From: Parasitella parasitica NRRL 2501
Taxonomy: Eukaryota > Fungi > Mucoromycota
Direction of reading: 5' to 3'
NCBI GenBank assembly: GCA_025201805.1
Contig: MU619336.1
Location: forward strand, 58,925-122,924
Length of the DNA stretch: 64,000 bases
Every line of letters begins with the position of its first letter. The first letter of the stretch is position 1. The notes beneath the pieces are model-generated. The model had not been told where the DNA came from, did no database searches, and was given only the letters and a program-made list of their open reading frames with translations. Below, piece after piece: positions 36,961 to 50,063 of this stretch. Made by a program: the position numbers and the translations under genes.

Positions 36961-38862
36961 CTAGTACGCTTGGTCACTGTCAGGAACACAGTTGAAGCGC
37001 TTGCTAAACTTTAGCTTGTGCGGTAGCGTCATTGCTGTGAGACCACCGCTACGAATACGGTCAATATCAGGCAAGCCTAACTTATCGTCTGCTTTTATTG
37101 TACATCTTGAGAGAACCTGCACCAAAGCATTGAATATTTGTGCTTCCGCCTAGAAACAGTAGAGAGATTAACAAGTATACACACACATATATATATATAT
37201 ATATGCGAAATCAAGTACCAAATATATTCCTGGACAAATTCTTCTTCCCCATCCAAAACTGAAAAGGTCGCGCTCTGTAAGCTTACCATTCGCAGAAGCA
37301 TGCATCGTTTTGAGGTTGCTCAAAAATCGATCAGGAATGTACGATTCAGGATTGGAGAAATTTTCGGGCTTTCGGTGCATGCTATCCATACTTGATATCA
37401 GCATGGCTCCTTTTGGGATAACAAAGTCTTCGATCAAAACTATGAGACATTTTCACGAATTAGACCTATCACTCGTAAAAGAATTCTGCGTATATGAATA
37501 TATTATGTTACCATCTTCCTGAACACTATGTGGTAATCCGAAAGGACTAGTTTGTCGGTAACGCATGCTCTCTTTTATGATAGCAATACAATAAGGAACC
37601 TCTAGGCGTTCGTGGAATTGCGGGATACGACCATGGGCTTTTGTGAATCTGTCAATCTCTTGGAATGCTCGTTTTTGTACTTCTGGATGATGAGACAAAA
37701 TTGCAAAATTCCATGATAAACTAGTTGCTGTAGTCTCTGTGCCCGCTGCAATAATGTCACCTGAATACGACAATCGCGTTATTTGACTATACATGCATCG
37801 TATATTGACATGTTACTTACACATGAGGACTATCTTTTCTTCTTCGCTGAAATTATACTTTTGCTCGCTAAGCGATTTAACGACATTAGGGCCCTCTCTT
37901 TGCATGGCTTCTTTTAGCAGCCTTTTGAATACTGGATCCCGTTTCGTTTTGATAAAGCGCTTCATTTTCACTTGCGAGCCAGCAAAATAGTCTACGATCG
38001 AAAGGATAGGTAGAAAGCTGGCCAGGTCGTTCTCCAGTCCTCCAAGAGACATGGTGCGCTCTATCAACTCACTCAACTCGATAAACTGTGGATCTTCTAT
38101 TGTGTCGAATCTCGCGCCAAAACAAACCTTGTATATGACATTTAAAGACTGCATCATGAGATGCTGCATGGGGTCCACGCTCCCATGTACCTCTGTTGTG
38201 TCGATAAGGCGATTTGCCAGCTCGAACGACTCTCTGTTTATAGAATCCATGTATGTGTCTATTTGTTTTGGTGCGAGTATAGACATCACTATAAAATAAT
38301 TGAAGCGAGTCAATTGCTGTATAGACAGACTTGTCCTGTATATTTATGGTACCTGCCGACCGGTTTTTGTTCCACGATGGTCCTGGTTGAGCGAACCCAA
38401 TTCCTCTGAAGAAAAATACCACAAGCTTAGCAATGAGCACAGTTTATCATTCAATTAAAGCACTTACTTTCCTCTGAAGCTATAGTGCTCTGACGCATAT
38501 GTAGAGTAGGGTCTAAATGATGTCTCAGCGCCATGCAATACAAATATTTTGTGAGCCAGCTCTGGATCATCCACCATAATCCAAACTTGTTTCCCCATGT
38601 GGACCTTGATAATAGGGCCGAATTCTTTGTGCCACTCAACGAGTTGCTTTCCAGGTGCAGTGCCTAGCGCGAGCATGTGGCCAATATACGGATAGCGTGA
38701 ACCTGGAGTAGGGATCTCTTTTATTGCTTGAATTCGTTTGCTTTTGTTGACAGAAGATGCAGAATGGCATGTGGAGTACGCTAGGGCTGCAGCAGTGGCT
38801 ATGCCAATGGCGGGAATCATGTAGTTTTTTCCCAACAGCGTTGATAAATTAGTGTCTGGCAT
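36961..38862 (-). CDS. Cytochrome P450, spliced
   Basis: N-terminal anchor plus PTPG, I-helix AAGTETT, ExxR (ESMR), PDRF and heme motif FGWGRRICPG; last exon ends SDQAY*. Confidence 0.95.
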
Positions 38863-39666
38863 TCTGGAAAGAGTATAAACGAGAAGAGCAAAGAAAAAAA
38901 AATGGATGGAAGAGAAAGAAAGAGACTGAAATAAATCTATTCAGGTACATACATATTAAGTTTGACCGAGTATATCTTGAGATATACTCATGATTTGGAC
39001 GAATAAGGGCGTTGCATTGATCGATTTACCAAAGCTCCCTTGAATTGCTTGGTTGAGTGTATTTATTGGGCGGTTAATCCCTTGTGCAGCAAATGCTTAT
39101 GCAGGTGCAATGTAGACAAACAATATTGCGTTTTCTTTTGGTAATATGTAAAATTAAAGCCAAATACGCCTGTCATATACAGAACGCTTTTGATTACTCA
39201 AAACGCCTTTACTGTAATATATGACGAAACTGCGTGGGGTAGACCACACCTTATACCATGCAATAAACTGATAATGACACTAGTTTATTTAGAAGCCACT
39301 AGTTTATTTAGAAGCCATTGTTTGCGGTAGGACAGAGCTGTACTATGACTCGAATAACGCATAAATGTGGTCAAATCATAAAAGAAATTGACTGCGTAAA
39401 CAGAAAGGCCACCTGCCTACACCTCTCAAATGAGAGGTGAACATTTGACAAATTGTGCTAGTTGAACGCGTACAGTTATATGCGCGTAAAATTCTCTTTC
39501 CTATGATGACTTCAAGTAAAGCATTGCGATACACTCGTACATGACAGCTTTTCAAATGTACATTAATCAGTTACTGAGCCAAATACCCCAATTTCGAGTT
39601 CTTTTTGCAAAAAAAAAAGTGCTTTTCAATAATAAATGCCTGGCAAAAGTTTACCTTTTATGCATG

Positions 39667-39893
39667 CAGTGCCTCAGGTGCCAATTGACGCTTTTAGTAA
39701 TTAGCTCTGGTTCTATTCCCGCGCATTCTAACAGCCTATTTTGTGCTTTTGACTAAACCGAAGGTTTTTATTGCACACGCCATTTGGGGTTGCCAAAAAC
39801 ACAAATTAAGATACTAGAAAGTGCCAAATGGGTTGTTAGAATACGCGGAATTGGGACTCGAGCCGATTTCTCAATTGGCACCCGGAGGCACTG
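39667..39893. mobile_element. MITE-like element with ~85 bp degenerate terminal inverted repeats (CAGTGCCTC...GAGGCACTG)
   Basis: CAGTGCCTCAGGTGCCAATTGA...CCGCGCATTCTAACAGCC pairs with GGTTGTTAGAATACGCGG...TCAATTGGCACCCGGAGGCACTG; non-coding; CAGTG termini resemble Tc1/mariner. Confidence 0.7.
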
Positions 39894-40897
39894 TGCAACA
39901 GCAAATATTATTGTGAAGGCATCACAAAATGCATTGTAAAGTGAATATTACACCTTGCAATCAGCTATTTACTCGTTTTTCACATCAAAAATAGTATAAT
40001 TTATACTTTTTTTAACCGGTTCAAATGTCCAGAACCGCACCAAAAGATTCCCCAAAGATCGTAGTTACTATCTGCTGCATTTCCACAAAAAAAATAAGTG
40101 GTGAAAAAATCATCGATTTTCAACGATTTTTCATGAGGGTCTACAAGAAAAAATAGAGAAAAAACAAGAAATCTCGAATTTGACCTCAAAATCGCAACTT
40201 TTTATTATGGTATCTATTCACTGAAAACATTCCGTGTTGCTGCAAAAATGATGCGCAATTGCTATTTCAAGTATTGTGTATGCAGAATATAAACTTTTAG
40301 CCGAAAAACGTATTTCTCTTCAGGCCCAAATTAGTCGAAACTTTTGGTTAAACATTTACTCGAATTTTATACCAGAAGATGCAGAATTAAATAATTTACA
40401 ACTCTGCTTAGAACAGTAATACGTATTAACTTGATAATTTGACCAAAAAATGCTAACAGAACTCCAATTCCTTTTTTCGTCAATCAAATCTAACAAAAAA
40501 AAAATGAACATCAAAGTCGGCAACTGAATTTTTCATCATCTAAACAGGTACAGATTTTCCAGTATAAAGAAGACTACACAGAACTAAGACCAGTATGAAG
40601 GGAGATATAGTAAAATCAATATTGCAAGACCCTTTACAAAGTCTTTAAATTACCTATAGGTACTAAAGATATGTGAGTTAAGCCGTGATTTATAACATCG
40701 ATGGCTGCTTTGACTCAATTCAGAAAATTTATGTATTACCCTAAAGTTTCCAAAACAAACTGTTACTCAATTAAATATATACTGGTTTTAACAGTGCAAT
40801 TATTATGATGCACAGCATCGAATTAGTTTTCTTTTTTTTTTATGTGTATATTAGATGTACTTTTTTNNNNNNNNNNGTGCACAATAACCACAGTTAA

Positions 40898-43061
40898 TTA
40901 ACCAAAAAGGCGCTGCCACCATATTTTCTTGTGTGTTTTCGACTTTTTATGGCTAACAGTTTGCGTACTCTGTATAGTTGGGTTCTTTTTCAATGGCAAG
41001 CGAATCATTTTTTGGTGCGCAGGAGCCCATTCATCAAACCAGATGCCGAAAACTGCAATCACCGGCATATGATCACTTACACCAAGCAAAGAATCATGCA
41101 AAACTGCGTCATACGAGTAGCAAACTGTATCCCTGGCAAACTGTCTTCTGTTTCTGAGGCCAAGAGATGTGAATAGAGACTTTGCATTGCTGTTGGAGTT
41201 TCTCTTTTTCTTCTTGCTTGCAGTGCTTCTAGGTAAAGAAGGCGGTGAAATGTGGTGTGTAGATGCACGATCACACCACAGAATGCGATCAGTCCAGCTG
41301 GGCACGCGTTGTTTCTCTGAGCTATCGTAGCACAAAATAGTGTTTGGTACATCTACCAGCGCTATTTTAGAATCGCACATGGAAGTCGGATTCTTGTGGC
41401 TACTGTTGTCGTCGTCCTCATCCTCCTTATTATGATTATTATGATTATTATGATTATTATGATTAGTATGTTCTTGGGGTATAGGGTAATGGCTGCTGCA
41501 AGTAGGAGAAACTATCTTCTTTTTGCTGCTCAATTTACGCTTTATACTATTGACAGATTTGCTTTTGGTGAATTGTATTGTTGCTTTGATCGAGTCTTTT
41601 GTGGCTATTATTTTGGCACTGGTGGGTGTCGGTAACGAAGACGTGGAGGATGTAGCGAGGGAGACAGAAGTGGTATTATTAAGGGTTTGAGAAGGTCGTG
41701 TTGATGACCTTGATAGTGGGTATGAGAGATTAGAATCTTCTAATGTAGTTAATGCAGCAGCAGCAGCAGCACCAGATATAATTGTGTCTAGTTTATATGT
41801 AGGAGGAAACTGTATCGGGTGTTCCTGAAAAAAGGCTAAAGGCGAACCTTCTGTTCTTCTTTCCACAGATAACTGGTCATATTCTAACAATGTCTATACA
41901 TGCGACAGTTGAGTTATCTTGTTTGCACACAAGATGTATAATACATACATTGTAATCTCCTTGTTTTAAGGCATCAAAGACAAAGGGTCTCTCGGCGTTG
42001 ATACGGTAATTTGTATCACCAAACAGAAAAACGTGGTCGAATTGATCTATAACAGAGGGATCTACCAAAATATTGTGATATTAAAATATATATATAAATA
42101 TATTAGTTTCATTGTTACATGAAAAGGCCACTACTTACAGGGCTTCTTTTTCTTTTTCCCTATTTTGAAGCTGGGCATTTTTAGTTCGTACAGTATTCTT
42201 TGTATGTTTGCATTTCTTTCTGATAATTTTGTCTGATGGGCTATAGATATGTACATGTAGATGTGTGATTAGAGTGCATTAGAGGGACACGTATTACATG
42301 TGTATACCTCGAAGATGACAGTTGATGAATAGCAGGGACCTCGACCCAAATAAAATGGACACGGCCACGGCACCTTTGTTCCTGAAGCCATTGATAATCA
42401 GTATCTTTGTTAGCCACGCACACACGCATACACACATACACACACACACTCACCCGACCATGTTTGCCCAGCCAGTCTTTATCGATTCAGACTGAACATC
42501 TTTTACCAGGTAGGCTACAGGTAACCAAACAAATACAGCGACATGCAATGCAGCTAACGTTTCAGTCTTTACCAATTTATAGTGGGAGCCGAGATAATCC
42601 GATAACCTCTTTTCCCAAACCTCTTTTGAAGGGTAGAAAAGGGATTCGGATATGTCTCGTTCGCATTCTTGCGTGCCTATCACTAGTAAATGGTAAGGAT
42701 GTGTAGCGGAGCCGTCCAGGCTAAAGTTCTTTGGCGTCATATTTTGCAGAATCTCGTTTTTTGTTAAAAACGTGGATAAATCAATGGGCAGTAGTCTGCC
42801 ATACATGTTCCAGGTACCAATGAATACTTTAAGTCTATCCGCATAGCACCCTCCATTGGCATATGATAGCTGCGCCAAATTATTAGTTTCAGGTGGAGAA
42901 GGGTGCTGTTGAGTTGGTATCGGTGTTCCACCTCCATCTCCACTATTAATGTCGCCATCAAATCTGGGGCTGTTCCTTTGATGTTTTGGCTTGATGGATA
43001 TTAAATGAGAGACCGCTTTCGGTAGCGCCCATAAATGATTGCTATTATCGATGTCGGTCAT
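40898..43061 (-). CDS. Inositol polyphosphate 5-phosphatase (IPPc/EEP family), spliced
   Basis: VFIGTWNM, VIGTQE, GNKGAV, FINCHLRA, FDHVFLFGDTNYRI, FPPTYK, PSWTDRILW, SDHMPV. Confidence 0.93.
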
Positions 43062-43092
43062 TTTATGGTAAGAAGACGAAAAAAAAAAAGCA

Positions 43093-43108
43093 AGAGAGAG
43101 AGAGAGAG

Positions 43109-43140
<32 letters not shown>
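43093..43140. repeat. (GA)n microsatellite in the divergent 5-phosphatase/SCAP promoter region
   Basis: Two GA runs separated by AAAA. Confidence 0.9.
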
Positions 43141-43144
<4 letters not shown>

Positions 43145-43386
43145 AAAAAGGAACCAGCAGGAGCCTTTTAACGAATCTAGAAGGAGGCATGGCTCATTAT
43201 CAATAAAGATTTCAGGGTGACACTGGGCCCACTTGAATCAAAGGAACCATTGGTTGAGGCAGTTTAACCCGAGTAAATTCAGTGTGATTTATTAATGTGC
43301 AAAAATTTCTTTTGACCCCCCCACCTTTTTTATTCTTCTCCTTTTTTCTTTTCCTAACACACACTCACACACTACTTGTATATTAA

Positions 43387-46300
43387 ATGCCTATTAGGGC
43401 TGCTAGTAAGGTAGTTAAGATACTATCAAATCAATACTATGAATATGGAAAATTAGTAGCATCTCGAACCTATTTATTACTACTATTTTCTTTATCGTTC
43501 ATATCATTCTTTTCATTTCCTCTTGTATCCAAATACTTCAGTAACATAGTAGCGCCCACTCTACATAGCAATATACCTTCAACGCACATATCAACCACAC
43601 TAGATGCTCAATGCTGGCACGCTTCAGCTCACATCCAATTCAACAATTTTACACTATCGAGAAACTCGCCCTCCGCTTATTTATTGACTGAGCAGATTAG
43701 GATTTCTCGGCCGAATAAATCCGTCAATTACGAGCTAATCCAACTAGCAAAACAAATCTATGAAAGCATCGCAACGACTATGGTTACTGTGAGCAGTAGC
43801 TCGGCTCCTGTGTCTCTGGCATCCATCTGCTACAAACACCAAGGGCACTGTTTAATCCATGCTCCACCATTTACTGCATTTCAAAACGAACTTGATTGGA
43901 CATTGAATACCAAATTAGGGAACAATGATAATTCTTACGAGACACATCCCTACAGCGTATACTCGAATGCGACATTTGATCTTCAAGGCAACTTTGTCAA
44001 GGCAGATGCAGTTCTACTCACGTTTGTGCTGAATCAGACTATTCAAAATGGAGATACGCTGACTATCTGGAACAAAATACTGAACGAGGTGAAATCAAAA
44101 TTTGACGTACTGGAAATTCAGCAGCATTCTGACAGAGATGGCACCCTGTGGTCGTCTTTATCAAACACGATGCCGCATATGATTCAATATAAAGTAAGAA
44201 GTTGCCCTGTTTTTTTTTTTTTTCATTTGACAATAACTGAAATTTTGCATTATAGTTTAATTTGTTTCCATATGACATTTCGTACAACGTGCAGTTCTCC
44301 ATCATTGCATACATTGTCGTATTTTTCTTGGTATCAATGGCCTTTGGAAAGTCCAATCTGGTCAAATCTGGGTATACATTTGGCTTGGCAGCTATATTTT
44401 TATCAATTGCTTGTTTCACAACTACCTGGGGCATATTCGACAAACTCGGCATCTCGTTTCACTCTGCACCTTGGTATCTCTTGCTGCTTGTCGTCAATAT
44501 CGGCTGCTTGGAGAATATCTTTTTGTTGACAAATGCAGTGTTGTATGCTGGATGTGACATGATTGTGACAGAAAAGATTAGCAGAGGTAACTATTACAGC
44601 ACGTTGCCATGGTTTTTCGTCCCCTCATTTTTATAAACAATAGGCTTGCAAAGTGTCGGCGTTCCTATGACAGCTACCTTGATTGCTGAATTACTTATTC
44701 TTAGTGTGGGCACTCACATGGATACTGACCTTGTAACAGAATTCTGCACATTTGCAAAGGTTGCTCTGATTGTCGACTACATTTTGGAAATGACGTTCGT
44801 CATTGCTGTGTTGTCTATTGATATCAAGCGTGTCGAGGTAAACTGCAGTACAGCTCAGCTTAAATGCCTGCTTGCTAACAATTTCTACTAGCTGGCTGAT
44901 TTAGACGACCGTCAGATGTCAAAACGATTACATGAATTGTCTAGTTTTGAGCATGACAAGGAAGGGGTTCAATCGGATTTCTGCCCGATTCAGGACACAC
45001 CAAATAAAGAAGACTCGAAATCTTGCGCCGAGTGCAAAGAGTTCAAAACGCATCGAGTATTTTGTGCTTTTATGGTATGTTAGTTGCAGGTTTGCTTGGA
45101 GATATACTTACACGTTCATCTGTTTAGCTTTGCTTGATTGTACTCACGTTATCGCTGTTTGTATCCAAAGATCACCACCGCCATAAAAATGTTCCCTATG
45201 CGCTGATTCTGACCGAGAAGCACCAGCCAGATTTATATCAGTTGTCAGATCAATTTTGGTCCACTGTAAATCCACAAAAGGACATTACTTGGCTCCAAAT
45301 CCAACCGCCTCATTTATTCATTTTCGACAAGGACGTAATTCGAGTCCAGGAACATCTCAATTTTCTGCAGCAACTGTATCAAGTCAAGTCAAAAGCGATC
45401 CACTACAGAACCGAATACCGTCCGTCTCGCTTCCGCAGGCTTGTATTGTCTCTAGTGCAGAGCTTTCTCGTGCTGATACTCGGCATCAATATCCCCATCT
45501 TGATCCTTTGCTTGGTTATGATCGGTATCATTACCTGGATGACACCCAAATGGCGCAAACAATGGCTCGTTCCTCTTTTGATCCATTGCTTCAACGAGTT
45601 CTTTTTATATCTGATACGCTGTTATCCCACGCAGTACTTGAAGCGCATGTATTTTATCTGGATCAAGGGCCGATCATTCGAAAGCGACGTCAAGGAATAC
45701 GATGCAGATGGCATACACCACCGGGGCGCTATTTCTGTGCAGCATATTTTCAACCAGCAACAGTACCGTGCCAATGTAAAAACTGTTCAGCTTCGTACGC
45801 TGACAAATCAACACGTTGCCGATATCCAAAACTTGGACGCGAATGCCAAACAAAGCTTGGTATCTTGTGGCCAGGACGGCCGGATTATCCTGTGGAATGT
45901 AGACAGGAAAAAGGCTACCTGGGTTGCTCGATTTGATAAATTATATCCCTCCCGAGGGGGTGTTCTGCAGGCTCTGCTGAACCCTATTTTCTTTCCGTCT
46001 AACAAAAAGAAGACACTGGGAAAAAAAACGTCCCGCCAACAACAGCAGCAAGAACCCCAACAACCACCACCGCAACCACGCTCTGTATCGTTATCGAAAA
46101 ACTACCTCTCCAAGGCTCGTCTTGTAAAGATTGATCAAGGCAACAAATGGGCTGCTGCTGGCTATGATGATGGCTTGATCCGTGTGTGGAACGTGAGTAA
46201 CGGTGCTCTTGTGCGTGAAATGGATGTGCACCCCCAAATGCCGCTCGTTGAAGTCCAGGAAGAACAATCAGGCTGCAGTACGATGCGCAACAGATTTAAT

Positions 46301-48718
46301 GGAATCCATAGCGGCTCAAGCTCCCCAACCCTAACTCATACTAGCTTTGCATTCTCCTCTGCGTCATCTGCTTGCTCCAATAGTACAATCCACAGTGTTG
46401 TCAGCGTCAGAAAACCCGCCATTGATCGTATTCTGTCCATCGCCTTTATTGGCGTGATCACTGAATTCTGTCATCCGTTAGTTGCTGAAGCGGCAGCCCG
46501 TTGTCGATCCTCTTCAGACGTCGAAGCGTCTCAAAACTACCTTGTGTCTGCTCATAAAAGTGGCGTTCTTCATGAATGGAACATCCTATCAGGGGAATGC
46601 ATTCAATCGATCAAGACGGGTCACACAAAGGATATTACTCAACTGCATGTAGTGGACTCCAAAGCTCTTCACCGTAAAATTGGTGTTACTTGGGTCTTTA
46701 CAGCTTCGAAGGATGGCACCGTCAAATGCTGGGATCGTCGATTTATTGCATCGTCTTCCACCGTGAAACAAACAACGTCTGAGGACCACGCGGACGACTT
46801 TAGTCAGCACGTGACCAAATGGACTCTTGTATATACGATCAAGCTGAATAGCCCTGTCACTTCGATTGCTACTGAGCTGCCAGTGGGTGGCATGGGTATT
46901 CTGGTTACCGGCTGCAGCGACGGCACAGTCAAAGTATGGAATTTCGAAACTGGCAAGTCCGTGTGCGCATTGTCGTTGGGAAAAATTACCAGCAAATCAT
47001 CTCAGAACATGGCCTCTGTTGGCTCTGCTGACTCTGATTTTGGCCTGAGTAACGCAGGTGGTCCACTTCGCAAATTCTCAAAGTTTTCTCATGTAGTTGG
47101 TCAAAGCATGAGCGATGGCTCTGATGACGATTCTTCTGATTCGTCGCTTTCCTCGTTTTCTCGTCATACCGCCTCTGATCATCGTGGTGCGATCTACCAA
47201 GTTGTGGTGACACGATATTGCGAGGTGGAGAACGGGCCAGGCCTTTGTCGCGGCTGTGATACTTGTTTTGGTAATGGCTTCTTAATTGCTTCAAGTGCGA
47301 TGGACAACAAGGTACACGCTTGGCGCTTGGAACGTTCGGACAATGGCCACGAAGGCTCCTGTACGCTGTGCACAAAAGACTATCACCGCAAGCAATACAA
47401 ACATCGCAAATCGTCCCTTGGCAACAGTGACGATGGCACCAGCGATCCATTACTGCATAAATCTGCCACTGCAAGTAGTAGAAGACGACGAGCATCGCAG
47501 CAAGGCAGCCACAACCCTACAGTCAAAAAGAGACATGTTGCCTCTCGAGCAGCTGGTGTGTCTGCAGCCAATGGCAACAGCATCAGGGATGATATGCTGG
47601 AGTTGCTGGACATTGAGCAATTGGCTGGAGATGCTTTTATCCCATTGAGGCCCACCTTTCTCGGTAAGATTGATCAACCTGCCGGGCGTGGTGTTGTCTT
47701 TTGTGATAAAATCTTGGCTGGTGTACGTCGTCGTTCCAATTCAACCCACAGCAGCAGTAGCAAAAGTCCAGTGAAGAACGGTAATAATGAATGGGAAGCC
47801 TGGTTCGCTTCTTTACAATATTACGATCCTGCCGATTCGAAAGAAGATGGGAATCCCAACAGTATCAAGATTCCTATTGAGACGTTCAACCTGGATGACG
47901 ATCAGCAAAATATCTCGTTAGCCCCACTCGCGGACAAGGAGGAAGACTCGCCCAAAGCAGCTCAGGTCTTGAGAGATACGCTGCTAAGTCTGTTTAGTTT
48001 GTCCACATCACCATCTTCTGCTGCTGCCCCCACTACGCATGTCAGAGATCAATTGAGATACAAGGGCATTCACGCGCATATATCTGAAAATAATGAGGAT
48101 GCCAAAAAAATTGACAATGACAATGATGACCCTCATGAAGAGAGCTTGGAAGCAAGCGAGAACTTGCCTTTTTCTGCGGTGCGTCATGTCATTCCTCTGG
48201 ATGGGGCTGGCTTGGCTTGTGATTTTGGCAATTTCATCAAACTGGTGTATCTTGACAAACCTACTTTGACCGAAAAAGAGCATGCAAAGCAAACAAGAGA
48301 TGCGATGGAAGATCATAAACGTCGCCAAACGATTGCTGAACAGGTGGTGGCAGAAGAAGACGAACCAGAAGAGTCTTCTCAGTGTCAATGTGGTTCTGAT
48401 GAGGGCTCTGGTACACTATGCTCGCCTGGAAACAAAGGTAAAGATGGCTGCTGCGGGGGCGTGAATAAAGATAAAAATGGTGGCAAATGTTGCGGTGGTG
48501 CTGGAAATGTCAAAAAGAGGCAGCAAGAAAAGAGGCAGCAAAAGTTGTTGCTCAAGAAGGAAACACTGTTTTTTGACAACAACAACACATGCGGTGGCAT
48601 TCCTAGTATTGCTGAATGTTCTCTAAAAAACAACTGCTCTCGTGCTGCTGATTGTACATCATCAAATCAAGCATTGGCTTCAAGCGCTTCAGTTTCCTCC
48701 TTCAGTAACTGGCTGTAA
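43387..48718 (+). CDS. SCAP: SREBP cleavage-activating protein (sterol-sensing domain plus WD40), spliced
   Basis: SSD motifs LENIFLLTNAV, EKISRGLQSVG, EFCTFAKVALIVDYILEMTFVIAVLSIDIKRVEL; WD40 repeats (SCGQDGRIILWN, AGYDDGLIRVWN, TASKDGTVKCWD, TGCSDGTVKVWN). Confidence 0.92.
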
Positions 48719-48731
48719 AATTGTATATTAG

Positions 48732-48762
<31 letters not shown>

Positions 48763-50063
48763 TAGTGCACACAGACAAAGGCACACATACACACATACAC
48801 ACACATAAAAGAAACTATTGCATACCCTTTCTCTGTAATTTCTATTAGGTAGCTTTGTATTTCTGCTGAAATGCAAATACTTATATAGTATTTTTATTTT
48901 TTGCTGATTTCCGTTGTTTATTGTAGTAAAATAAACCTATTTTTTTTTTATTTCGCTAGTATATTTATACTGACATGTAAGCAAAGAAAGGAAAGAAAAG
49001 CGCAATAGCGCACATTGGTGAGAAAACAGATGATAAATTAGACATTTCTTGAAAAAAATATGATGTGATTTTTTTCAATTTCAATAACAATATGCTAGTT
49101 GTGCAACAAACTGTTTTTTTTAAATGGGCTACCTTTAGAGCTTGAAAGAAAAAGCAATGTTTTACATTGAGTGGTATTTCACCCAAAAATGAGGCTTTCG
49201 GTTCGTACCAAGATATGCTCAAGTTGCTTATTGGGACTATGGCTTACTGTTGTATCCAAAATAGGCGCATGGCTGACTAAACTGGCTGTATGGGCTGTCT
49301 CAAATTTCCATTGCTAATGGCCTCAAGAAAACAACAAAGTTATCGAACATGCATGCTATACATGTGTAGAGCTAAAGTTATACTGCGTAATGCTTTGGAA
49401 GAGACATTTTGCATCATAGATATCCTAAAATATTCATTGGTATAGCACCCACTACTAGAAGATGGCGACGTGTGTTTATAACATAAAGCATGATCGGGCA
49501 CAGAAACAAATCGTTGTTGCGTTTGTGCAATCGACCGTACACAACTTATTATAACGTATTTGACGAGACATCTAGTACCGCGCCTGATGTTACCAGACAC
49601 TGATAAAGATTCATGCTTATTAGCCATGTCATGATTCCTTTTGCATTACGAGTGCTTCGTCCAGCTGCCTTGTGCTGAATTGTGCGACACTCTTCCAAAA
49701 ACATAAAACTGTTTTTTTTTTCACAGTTTACAAGATATTTAGGGGGCCGTACTATTGACTACTTTATCATGAAGGATAAGTTATAGTGTTGTCAATTAAT
49801 TAGCGTAATAAAGAAGTAAATATATGCAAAATATCATGCCATTAGTGATTGTTGGTATTAATGATAATGTATGCGACATATTTTTTTTTGAAAAGCATGG
49901 CACTAAATTGTGCGATACTCTTTTCTAAAAACATACGACACTGTTTTATTTAAAAGCGCGACACTTTAATTTTTTTATTGCGACATCATTTCGGCCTAAA
50001 AAAAGATTGACATGTCGCTTTTTTCTTTTTTCCATTCTGTATAGTTAGATACGCCTAGAAGCC

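Noticed and set aside
45256-45936. 226-aa alternative-frame ORF within SCAP, and similar shadow ORFs (28218-28727, 50897-51403, 1135-1617)
   Set aside because: They overlap well-supported genes in other frames or strands and have no recognisable motifs.
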